A DNA stretch of 50,606 bases from NCBI GenBank assembly GCA_016181145.1, contig JACOZW010000002.1, forward strand, positions 1 through 50,606. The letters run 5' to 3'. Under the pieces are notes generated by a model. It worked only from the letters and a program-made list of their open reading frames with translations. It made no database searches and had not been told where the DNA came from. The translations under genes were made by a program, and so were the position numbers. Shown in pieces: positions 8,458 to 16,459 of the stretch. Position 1 is the first letter of the stretch, and each line of letters starts with the position of its first letter. The DNA is from Candidatus Yanofskybacteria bacterium. GTDB taxonomy: Bacteria > Patescibacteriota > Minisyncoccia > 2-02-FULL-40-12 > GWA2-44-9.

Positions 8458-9165
8458 TTAAGCACTCCATCTGAGGTAATGGAGACCGAGGGCTCTTTTG
8501 AGGTCACGTTCGACCATATTTTCGATGCCATGCCGATCTGAAATTTCAGCAGCAAAAGACCGTAGAAAACACAGGCGACCAGGCATATGTGGATCAACAA
8601 TCGACCGCACCTCATCTGATGGAAGCATCCGATACCACTCTGTTTGCCTAATGGCATCTTGGTAAAAATTACGGGGATTCCCCCTTTCCGTTAAAGTAAA
8701 TGGATCCGGATCGCCATACATCCCATTGATGGTCCACATATATGCCGCGCCGACAACTCCAATCGGCCCAAGCCAATCAAGACGATCAGCGCTCCTAAGA
8801 GCTATAAGTAACGAAGAGTCATCCGGCTTGTCTAACTTAGAATGTTTTTCGACGGCATCAATAATTCTATTTTCTGCTTCTTCTGAAAAACCGATGCCAA
8901 ATAAAAGATTGCGACAAACCGTTCCAAAGCCTTCATTGAATATCCGCTCACGATAAGACTTGATCCTATCAACATTGTGCAGAGTAACCGCAGCCTTGAA
9001 TTCCCTATTATCAAATAATATAAAATGCTTGAGTTTTTCGCCAATCTTTAGCATACGAGATGGGTGAGTCCAATCATGTGGCCCCTCCACTTCAGACATT
9101 TTAGAAGATATGCTTTTTTGAAAGTTCATAAGCCCCTCAAGAAGGACATCCACTTCTACTGCCAT
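8458..9165 (-). CDS. HD-domain metal-dependent phosphohydrolase (putative)
   Basis: The spaced motifs HDWTH ... LHNVDR ... ADRLD fit the H..HD..D pattern of the HD superfamily. No finer assignment is possible by eye. Confidence 0.55.
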   Translation of the reverse strand: MAVEVDVLLEGLMNFQKSISSKMSEVEGPHDWTHPSRMLKIGEKLKHFILFDNREFKAAVTLHNVDRIKSYRERIFNEGFGTVCRNLLFGIGFSEEAENRIIDAVEKHSKLDKPDDSSLLIALRSADRLDWLGPIGVVGAAYMWTINGMYGDPDPFTLTERGNPRNFYQDAIRQTEWYRMLPSDEVRSIVDPHMPGRLCFLRSFAAEISDRHGIENMVERDLKRALGLHYLRWSA

Positions 9166-9196
9166 GCCACCTAACCCTACTTTTTTCTTTTTTAAA

Positions 9197-9255
9197 ATAC
9201 TAACTTAACTTATAAGGCTTGTCAAATTGACTTTTTTAGTTTTAACACTTATCAT
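9197..9255. promoter_or_regulatory. divergent promoter node with palindromic back-to-back -35 boxes (TGTCAA-A-TTGACT)
   Basis: Plus strand: TTGACT (9227-9232)-N17-TATCAT (9250-9255). Minus strand: TTGACA (reverse complement of 9220-9225)-N17-TAGTAT (reverse complement of 9197-9202). It shares the TTGTCAAATTGAC core with the 13129 site. Confidence 0.45.
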
Positions 9256-9264
9256 TATTCAAAA

Positions 9265-10239
9265 ATGCCGCCAACTTCTATGCCTAAAACAAATACAGTC
9301 CACTCGCTGACTCTCTATAGAAAAATGTACATGACAAGAAAAGCTGAAGAAAGAATCCAGATAGAAGACAAAAAAAATGAGATGAAGACTCCAATGCATA
9401 TGTCTATGGGAGAAGAAGCAATCTCTGCCGGAGTTTGTGCGGCCCTGAACAAAAGAGCGCAGATCTTTAGCACCTACCGGACACATGCCGTATATCTCTC
9501 GGCCACCGAAGATTTGAAAGGTTTTTTTGCTGAATTATACGGTAAAGCCACGGGGCCAGGAGGCGGCAAAGGAGGTTCTATGCATCTGGCTAATCCTAAG
9601 CGGGGCGTGATATTCAGTTCCGCAGTAGTTGCCACAAATATTGCTCCGGCTCTCGGAGCTGCTTTTGCAAACCGTCGATTAGGTAATGATAAGGTGGCTA
9701 CGACATTCTTCGGAGATGGGGCAGTCGACGAGGGTGTATTTTGGGAAAGTATTAATCTGGCCTGCCTCTGGAAACTACCCGTATTGTTCGTGTATGAAGA
9801 TAATAATTTAGCTATTCACACCCCGGCTTCTATAAGACATAGTTACAAAAACATCGTCGAGATAGTAAAAAAGTTTGGATGTCCAGCAGTAAAATATGAC
9901 GGTACTGATGTAGAAAAAATTTATCAACTAACAGAATCTGCATTGAAACAATTAAAGTCTGGGCCATTTTTTATGTCTTTAAAGTACTATCGATATCTTG
10001 AGCATGTGGGCATAGGAGAAGATTTTAATGCAGGCTATCGTTCTAAAGAAGAATTCCTGAAATGGCAAAAAATTGATCCCCTGGATACCCAGAGGGCAAG
10101 GTTAGTTAAATTGGGTCTCGAGAACACAGTGCTAGCACTAGAAAAGAAGGTGCTGAAAGATATTAATAATGCAGTTGACCTAGCAAAGTCAGCGCCATTT
10201 CCAGAACCAAGAGATCTTTACCGTGGAGTTTATGAATAA
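9265..10239 (+). CDS. ThDP-dependent 2-oxoacid dehydrogenase E1 component, alpha subunit
   Basis: GEEAISAGVCAAL, YRTHAVYL and GGKGGSMHL, plus the ThDP motif FFGDGAVDEGVFWESINLA...VYEDNNLAI. The start may be M1 or M6. Confidence 0.9.
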   Translation: MPPTSMPKTNTVHSLTLYRKMYMTRKAEERIQIEDKKNEMKTPMHMSMGEEAISAGVCAALNKRAQIFSTYRTHAVYLSATEDLKGFFAELYGKATGPGGGKGGSMHLANPKRGVIFSSAVVATNIAPALGAAFANRRLGNDKVATTFFGDGAVDEGVFWESINLACLWKLPVLFVYEDNNLAIHTPASIRHSYKNIVEIVKKFGCPAVKYDGTDVEKIYQLTESALKQLKSGPFFMSLKYYRYLEHVGIGEDFNAGYRSKEEFLKWQKIDPLDTQRARLVKLGLENTVLALEKKVLKDINNAVDLAKSAPFPEPRDLYRGVYE

Positions 10240-11284
10240 AAATATTAGAAAAATTAGCTACCAGCAGGCAATTAGCGAGGCTCTTAGCCAAGAAATGGAA
10301 CGAGATCCGAGAGTTTTTACTTATGGACTAGATGTAGCCGACCATAAATCAATATTCGGTTCAACGGCCGGATTAGTAAAAAAGTTCGGACCTAAAAGAT
10401 GTTTTAGCACTCCCCTCTCAGAAGAAGCCCTTATGGGTTTTGGTATTGGGGCAGCCCTCAACGGACTCAGGCCGGTTAATATTCATATACGAGTAGAGTT
10501 TTTATTGCTAGCCATGAACCAACTGGCCAACATAGCCTCTTCTTTAAGATATGGCAGTAAGGGGGAGCTGTCAGTACCGATAGTTATTAGGGTTATAATC
10601 GGACGAGGCTGGGGTCAAGGCTACCAACACTCAAAGAGCCTACAGTCATTTTTCGCTCATATACCAGGATTAAAAGTAATCATGCCTACGACTCCATATG
10701 ATATGAAGGGGTTATTAGTTTCGGCCATAAGAGATAACGATCCTGTTATTTGCCTAGAGCATCGTTGGCTCTATTGGATTGAAGATCATGTTCCCGAAGA
10801 ACTCTACACCGTGCCAATTGGTCAAAGCCATATCATAAGAAAAGGCTCTGACGTAACTGTTGTGGCAACATCGTGGATGAATGTTGAAGCTCACGATGCC
10901 GCAAATATACTGGCTAAAAGAGGGGTAAATATTGAGATAATTGACCCCAGGACAATATCGCCCCTGGACGACCGTACAATCATTGATTCAGTAAATAAAA
11001 CTGGACATTGTATCGTCGCAGATTATGATTGGCTTAACTGTGGCTTTGGCTCCGAAGTATCAGCGCGCGTATCTGAAAAATGTTTTAGAAAACTAAAATC
11101 TCCCGTAACAAGAATCGGCTTCGCACCGACTCCGTGTCCAACCACAAGACCACTTGAAAATTTATTCTATCCTAATGCGGTTAGCATTGTTAGGGCCGTA
11201 GAAAAAAAGATGAGCCTAAAAGAAGCAGATTTAAGAAAAGAGAGCTTTCATACCTGGGAAAATAAGTTTAGAGGACCTTTTTAA
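10223..11284 (+). CDS. 2-oxoacid dehydrogenase E1 component, beta subunit
   Basis: ISYQQAISEALSQEMERDPRVFTYGLDV and PLSEEALMGFGIGAALNGLRP, with a C-terminal transketolase-C-like domain. Overlaps the alpha gene by 17 nt. Confidence 0.9.
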   Translation: MEFMNKNIRKISYQQAISEALSQEMERDPRVFTYGLDVADHKSIFGSTAGLVKKFGPKRCFSTPLSEEALMGFGIGAALNGLRPVNIHIRVEFLLLAMNQLANIASSLRYGSKGELSVPIVIRVIIGRGWGQGYQHSKSLQSFFAHIPGLKVIMPTTPYDMKGLLVSAIRDNDPVICLEHRWLYWIEDHVPEELYTVPIGQSHIIRKGSDVTVVATSWMNVEAHDAANILAKRGVNIEIIDPRTISPLDDRTIIDSVNKTGHCIVADYDWLNCGFGSEVSARVSEKCFRKLKSPVTRIGFAPTPCPTTRPLENLFYPNAVSIVRAVEKKMSLKEADLRKESFHTWENKFRGPF

Positions 11285-11317
11285 AAAATCCCGGGTTCAA
11301 TGCCTGGGATTTTTTAA
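11285..11317 (+). terminator. intrinsic terminator
   Basis: AAAATCCCGGG-TTCAATG-CCTGGGATTTT hairpin with one G-T wobble, followed by TTTTTT. Confidence 0.7.
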
Positions 11318-11365
11318 ATTTAGAGATTTTACTAGATTTTTGTTTTTAAATTCATCCAAGCTATT

Positions 11366-12115
11366 ATGAAATTAATTTCTTTAAATATCTGGGGCGGGAA
11401 ATTATATGAGCCGCTTATGGAATTTATCAGCAAAACCCGAGAGGATACTGATATTTTTTGTTTTCAGGAACTTTTTTTCGGTGATAGGCCCGGAAAAGAT
11501 GTAAACGGAGCCAGGGCTAACATCGCTAAAGAGATTGAAGGCGCATTACCGGAATTCAATATTTATCCATACCTCGCACCTAAAGAATCATCCTTTATCG
11601 GAAAAAGGACTTTGTCACCTATAGGTCAGGCGATTTTTTCAAGAAAAAGCTTATCAGTTACCGACAAGGGTGGTTTCTATACTCATCTTCCGGTTATAAA
11701 TCATAGCGGGATTTTTCAATACATTAAAGTTATAAATGGTAAAGATAAATTTATTATAGGTAATCTCCACGGCTTGTGGCTTCCGACCGGAAAACTAGAT
11801 AATCCTGAGCGCATTAAACAATCAGAAATGATCATAAATCTTTACAATAGCTATGGAGGCAAGATGATAATATGCGGAGACTTTAATCTAAGACCCGAAA
11901 CAGAAAGTATCGCGATTTTCGATAAAAACTTCAAAAACCTAATCAGAGATTTCGGAATAAAATCTACCCGCAGTTCTTTCTATAAGGACGCCGAGAAGTA
12001 TAAAGATTTCATATCTGACTATGCTTTTGTGTCACAAGATATAAATATAATGAATTTTAAGGCGATAGATATCTCAGTATCCGACCATCTGCCGATAATG
12101 GTTGAGTTTTCTTAA
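11366..12115 (+). CDS. endonuclease/exonuclease/phosphatase (EEP) family protein
   Basis: LNIWGG, FCFQE, GDFNL and SDHLPI catalytic motifs. Confidence 0.85.
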   Translation: MKLISLNIWGGKLYEPLMEFISKTREDTDIFCFQELFFGDRPGKDVNGARANIAKEIEGALPEFNIYPYLAPKESSFIGKRTLSPIGQAIFSRKSLSVTDKGGFYTHLPVINHSGIFQYIKVINGKDKFIIGNLHGLWLPTGKLDNPERIKQSEMIINLYNSYGGKMIICGDFNLRPETESIAIFDKNFKNLIRDFGIKSTRSSFYKDAEKYKDFISDYAFVSQDINIMNFKAIDISVSDHLPIMVEFS

Positions 12116-12155
12116 ATTTATAACATTTTATCCTCCTTGGCGATTGGATCAAAAT

Positions 12156-12179
12156 AAAAATGGACGGTAGTCCATTTTT
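12156..12179. terminator. short bidirectional hairpin between convergent genes
   Basis: AAAAATGGAC-GGTA-GTCCATTTTT, a 5-bp GC core flanked by A and T runs. Confidence 0.4.
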
Positions 12180-13069
12180 CATGCTTGTTCAAATAAAACA
12201 TCTAGGTGCCTCTCTATAGCGAGTCTGACATCCGTAAAATTCACACTTAGCTGCCCACAAGTCCAGGCAGTATCAAGCACCAATCGACGAGGAAAGGATA
12301 TCGTGCATACCTCTTGTGGCATTTCTTCGCGAGAACTCGGAATATTATGGCGCCGAAAATAATTCAACACAGCATCGGCAATATCAAAGCGCGACAGTGG
12401 CTCACCAGAGCATGAACAATGATAAATAACATTTCTATATTCTCCTATATAGATCCTCCTGAGCATCTTTAAAAAATCAAATAGATATGCCGGCCTAAGA
12501 AAAATGTTATTCCAAAATGGCAAGTGGTCGAATCCTTGAAGAGTTCTAACCATTGGTGTAATTAGGCGATTATCCACCCCCAGCATACTCTGAACCCGAA
12601 CCACTACTCCACCAAAATGGATGACCACGCGCTCCGCACAAGCCTTGGATAGTCCGTAGAAGTTAGCAGGCTCAATAGAATCTTGTTCGGTATAAAATCG
12701 ACCCTCGCTGTTTCCGCTAAAAACATTGTCCGTAGAAACAAACAACACCCGCTTAGCAGACTGACACATACTTGCAGTAAGACCAACATTGGAATCGATG
12801 ACCTCTCTGGCATTTTCCGGCCTATTACAATATTTTGTGTCAACCACTCCAGCTAAGTGAAGTACGAAGTCATATACTTTAGGCGCAAATTTACTAGAAG
12901 AATCCCTGATAATATACACTTTGTTGAACTTTTTAAAGGAAGGATAATCTGGAATCAGAGATGTCCTTTGCGTAAGCCATATCTCATCTTCAAGATTGAA
13001 AACTTTGTCAAGATTCTCTAAGACACCTCTGCCAATACGACTTGATGCGCCCGTGATAAGAACGTTCAT
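12179..13069 (-). CDS. NAD(P)-dependent sugar epimerase/reductase (RmlD-like SDR)
   Basis: VLITGASSRIGRG Rossmann motif and YGLSKACAE (YxxxK). I moved the start to the ATG at 13069 (MNVLITGASS), because the longer ORF start at 13105 lies upstream of the predicted -10/TSS. Confidence 0.8.
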   Translation of the reverse strand: MNVLITGASSRIGRGVLENLDKVFNLEDEIWLTQRTSLIPDYPSFKKFNKVYIIRDSSSKFAPKVYDFVLHLAGVVDTKYCNRPENAREVIDSNVGLTASMCQSAKRVLFVSTDNVFSGNSEGRFYTEQDSIEPANFYGLSKACAERVVIHFGGVVVRVQSMLGVDNRLITPMVRTLQGFDHLPFWNNIFLRPAYLFDFLKMLRRIYIGEYRNVIYHCSCSGEPLSRFDIADAVLNYFRRHNIPSSREEMPQEVCTISFPRRLVLDTAWTCGQLSVNFTDVRLAIERHLDVLFEQA

Positions 13070-13106
13070 GACCCACCCAACCCGATAACTTAAAATAACT
13101 TTCAAT

Positions 13107-13164
13107 ATTTTATATCAAACTTATAATATTGTCAAATTGACACTTTTTGATACTTTTTGATACT
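13107..13164. promoter_or_regulatory. divergent promoter node: perfect palindrome TGTCAA-A-TTGACA plus phased hexamers (copy B)
   Basis: Plus strand: TTGACA (13137-13142)-N16-GATACT (13159-13164), with TGACAC/TGATAC/TGATAC at 13138, 13148 and 13158. Minus strand: TTGACA (reverse complement of 13130-13135)-N17-TAAAAT (reverse complement of 13107-13112). Confidence 0.55.
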
Positions 13165-13217
13165 TTTAACTATGCTGGTTAGGTTTCGAGCTAATCCAAT
13201 CACTATTTAATTTACAA

Positions 13218-14414
13218 ATGAAAAAAATAATATATCCCCTACAAAAAGATACTATCGCAAAAGAGGATCACCGCGCACTTGCCCAATGGATCGATAGTGA
13301 CCCATTACCACGCTTAACCATGGGATCTTTAGTTAAGAAATTTGAAGATAAATGGTCGGATTGGCTTGGTGTAAAATATTCTATAGCCTGTAATTCCGGC
13401 TCCTCGGCAAACTTGTTGATGTATTATACTCTCTTACGCTCGGGCAGATTAAAAAATAAGAAGATTATCGTACCAAGTGCTGCCTGGGTAACAACTGTGG
13501 CTCCAGCCATTCAGCTTGGATTTGAACCAATTATGTGTGAAGCCGATACCAAAACCTTCGGTTTAGATCATAATCACCTGGAGCAGCTTCTAAAAAAGCA
13601 TCGGCCCTCAACGGTAATTATGGTCCAAGTTTTAGGAGTACCCAATGATATGGATAAAATCATGAAGCTTAAAAAGAAATATAAATTCTTTCTCTTGGAA
13701 GATGTGTGTGCTGCCATGGGCTCAAAATATAAAGAGCGAAAACTTGGTACTTATGGTGATATGGCTAGTATCTCTACTTACTTTGGACACCAGTTCTCAA
13801 CAATAGAGGGTGGTCTTGTGTCAACTAATGACAGGGGGTTTTATGAACTCCTGATAATGCTTAGGAGTCATGGCTGGATAAGCGGTCTTAGTTCTAAGAC
13901 AAGGACTAATCTGCTTAAAAAATATAAGATAGCTGATACTGGCACGCATTTTATTTTTTGTGAACCCGGTTTTAATTTTCGCTTAACCGACCTGCAGGCA
14001 TTCATAGGAATCCGTCAGCTTGAAAAAATGGATTGGTTAGTGGAAAATAGATCTAGGAATCATAATTTATACAAGGATTTTCTGTCATCTAATTTTGACA
14101 TCCAAGAATATGACCGCAGCTCAAGAGTATGTAGCATACATTTCTGTGTACTAGCTGATAATAAAGAAGAGCGTATTAAAATAATTAAGGCCCTTGAAGA
14201 CAGCGGTATAGAAACAAGGCCCTTTACATCAGGTAATCAGGGTCTACATCCATACTGGTTCAGAGAATATGGAAAATTCAATGCTCCCGTGGCAGACCGC
14301 CTGTATTATTGTGGCTTTTTCTTACCTAACTATCCGACCCTTACTACAAAAGATATAAAATACATATGCTCAGTTGTAACAAAAGCGGCATTAAAAAACA
14401 GACATGAAGCATAA
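13218..14414 (+). CDS. PLP/PMP-dependent sugar 3-dehydratase of the DegT family (ColD / E1-type, His in place of catalytic Lys)
   Basis: DegT/DnrJ/EryC1 fold (ACNSGSSANLL, LLEDVCAAMGS). At the position where aminotransferases carry the Schiff-base Lys, the sequence reads STYFGHQFSTIEGG, followed by LRSHGW, as in ColD/E1 3-dehydratases. Confidence 0.7.
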   Translation: MKKIIYPLQKDTIAKEDHRALAQWIDSDPLPRLTMGSLVKKFEDKWSDWLGVKYSIACNSGSSANLLMYYTLLRSGRLKNKKIIVPSAAWVTTVAPAIQLGFEPIMCEADTKTFGLDHNHLEQLLKKHRPSTVIMVQVLGVPNDMDKIMKLKKKYKFFLLEDVCAAMGSKYKERKLGTYGDMASISTYFGHQFSTIEGGLVSTNDRGFYELLIMLRSHGWISGLSSKTRTNLLKKYKIADTGTHFIFCEPGFNFRLTDLQAFIGIRQLEKMDWLVENRSRNHNLYKDFLSSNFDIQEYDRSSRVCSIHFCVLADNKEERIKIIKALEDSGIETRPFTSGNQGLHPYWFREYGKFNAPVADRLYYCGFFLPNYPTLTTKDIKYICSVVTKAALKNRHEA

Positions 14415-15360
14415 ATCAAATAAAAATCCCAAAGTGCTGGTCACGGGAGGAGCTGGATATATTGGTTCTATTTTAGTGCCGACTTTATTGCACTCGGGCT
14501 TTGATGTCACGGTAATAGATAATTTTATGTACAGACAAACTCCCCTTCTAGACCATTGCCACCTCAAGCATTTGGATATAGTGAAAGGTGATACTAGAGA
14601 TGATAAACTTTTAAAAAAGTATATTCCCAAAGCAGATATAATAATACCACTTGCCTGCATAGTTGGTGCCCCGGCTTGCGATAAAGATCCTCTAAAGGCT
14701 AGGTCTGTAAACCTAGATGCAATTGTTAAAATTCTAAAAATAAAATCTCCCAGTCAATTAGTTATCTATCCCAACACAAATAGCGGTTATGGCGTTGGTC
14801 AAAAAGGAATTTATTGTAATGAAAAAACGCCCCTAAACCCAATATCTCTCTACGGTAAATTAAAGGTCCAAGCCGAAGAAGCTGTATTAAGCTCAAAAAA
14901 TTCAATTACACTAAGGCTAGCAACAGTATTTGGTCTAAGTCCCAGGATGAGACTAGATCTATTAGTAAACGATTTCGTCCATAGAGCAGTCAATGATAGA
15001 TTTCTAGTTTTATTTGAAGCCCACTTCAAAAGGAACTATGTCCACATAAGAGATGTCGCTTCTGCATTTATGCATAGCATAGAAAATTTCAATCGCATGA
15101 AAGGACAACCATATAATGTAGGCCTGAGCAAAGCCAATTTAAGCAAGTGGGAACTATGCCACGAAATAAAGAAACAGGTGCCTGAGTTCTACTTTCATGA
15201 AGCAGAAATAGGAGAAGATCCGGATAAACGTAATTATATTGTCAGTAACGCCAAAATTGAAGCGACAGGTTTTAAGACTAAGATTTCATTGCAAGAGGGA
15301 ATAGCTGAATTAATAAAGGGCTATCGCATCATTAGCCATAATAACTTTACCAATGTCTAA
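14404..15360 (+). CDS. NAD-dependent sugar-nucleotide epimerase/dehydratase
   Basis: VLVTGGAGYIGS Rossmann motif and a YGKLK (YxxxK) motif. Overlaps the upstream gene by 11 nt. Confidence 0.85.
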   Translation: MKHKSNKNPKVLVTGGAGYIGSILVPTLLHSGFDVTVIDNFMYRQTPLLDHCHLKHLDIVKGDTRDDKLLKKYIPKADIIIPLACIVGAPACDKDPLKARSVNLDAIVKILKIKSPSQLVIYPNTNSGYGVGQKGIYCNEKTPLNPISLYGKLKVQAEEAVLSSKNSITLRLATVFGLSPRMRLDLLVNDFVHRAVNDRFLVLFEAHFKRNYVHIRDVASAFMHSIENFNRMKGQPYNVGLSKANLSKWELCHEIKKQVPEFYFHEAEIGEDPDKRNYIVSNAKIEATGFKTKISLQEGIAELIKGYRIISHNNFTNV

Positions 15361-16330
15361 AAAAATCACCCCCAAAAAAGCTTTAATAACAGGAATTTCT
15401 GGTTCTGGGGCTAGCTACCTTGCAGATTATATTCTTGATAACCACCCCGACATTGAACTTCATGGCACAACTCGCAGTAACAGCAACCTCAAAAACATTG
15501 AAAATAGGATTAGTAAAATAAATCTCTGGACCGACATATTAGAGAACAAGGATGATCTAACTGAAATGCTTCGCCATCTTAAACCAGATTTGATTTTTCA
15601 CATCGCTTCATATGCTAACGTCCGGGAATCTTGGGATAGGGTGCCTTTTGTAATGGAAAACAATATCAAAATGACCGCCGATTTACTCGAGGCCATACGA
15701 CTAGCTGAAATTAAACCTAGAATTCAAATATGCAGCACACCTGAAGTCTATGGCCAGGTCGATCCTAAAAATATCCCAATTAATGAAAGCTGTCCTATTA
15801 ACCCGAGCAATCCCTATGCCGTATCCAAGTTCGCCCAGGAATCACTTGGATATTCTTACTTCAAGGGCTACGGTTTACCGATAGTAATCACCCGCATGTC
15901 TACCTACCTTAATCCCAGGAGGGCCGATCTCTTTGCTACTGCTTTTGCAATGCAAGTTGCGCGCATAGAGGCCGGCCTGCAAAAGACGTTACTCCACGGT
16001 AACCTCGAATCAACAAGAACAATCCTTGATGCTCGTGATTGTGCAAGTGCGTACTGGACAGCTCTTGAACGAGGTATACCTGGCCAAGTGTATAATATCG
16101 GTGGAATACAAATTGTAAGTGTTGGAGAATTTTTAGATATCCTTAAGAAAAAAGCTGCATGTCCTATCCCATCCGAAGTAGACCCAAAACTACTGAGGCC
16201 GTCTGATGTTACATTACAGGTTATAGATAGCACAAAATTTATGGATCAAACTGGCTGGAAACCCCAGTATACATTTGAAGAAAGTGTTGCTCTTCTGCTT
16301 GAACATTGCCGTCGGGAAGTTAAAAAATAA
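15353..16330 (+). CDS. GDP-mannose 4,6-dehydratase / GDP-6-deoxy-mannose reductase family (Gmd/Rmd-like)
   Basis: ALITGISGSGASYLADYIL, YAVSKFAQE and LRPSDV are arranged as in Gmd/Rmd proteins. Overlaps the upstream gene by 8 nt. Confidence 0.7.
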   Translation: MSKKITPKKALITGISGSGASYLADYILDNHPDIELHGTTRSNSNLKNIENRISKINLWTDILENKDDLTEMLRHLKPDLIFHIASYANVRESWDRVPFVMENNIKMTADLLEAIRLAEIKPRIQICSTPEVYGQVDPKNIPINESCPINPSNPYAVSKFAQESLGYSYFKGYGLPIVITRMSTYLNPRRADLFATAFAMQVARIEAGLQKTLLHGNLESTRTILDARDCASAYWTALERGIPGQVYNIGGIQIVSVGEFLDILKKKAACPIPSEVDPKLLRPSDVTLQVIDSTKFMDQTGWKPQYTFEESVALLLEHCRREVKK

Positions 16331-16365
16331 ACACTGCCTCAAAAAAGTTAGTGATAATTCAGAGT

Positions 16366-16394
16366 AAACCGATATTAAACAAATCGGTTTTTTA
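16366..16394 (+). terminator. intrinsic terminator
   Basis: AAACCGAT-ATTAAACAA-ATCGGTTT hairpin followed by TTTT. Confidence 0.6.
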
Positions 16395-16397
16395 AAC

Positions 16398-16426
16398 TTG
16401 TGCTGTAATTGTATATGTGTTATAAA
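16398..16426 (+). promoter_or_regulatory. candidate promoter TTGTGC-N17-TATAAA (TG-extended -10)
   Basis: -35 at 16398-16403 and -10 at 16421-16426, preceded by TGT. Confidence 0.35.
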
Positions 16427-16459
16427 ATTAAAACTAGCATTTTAACAAGGGGTGTAGTT

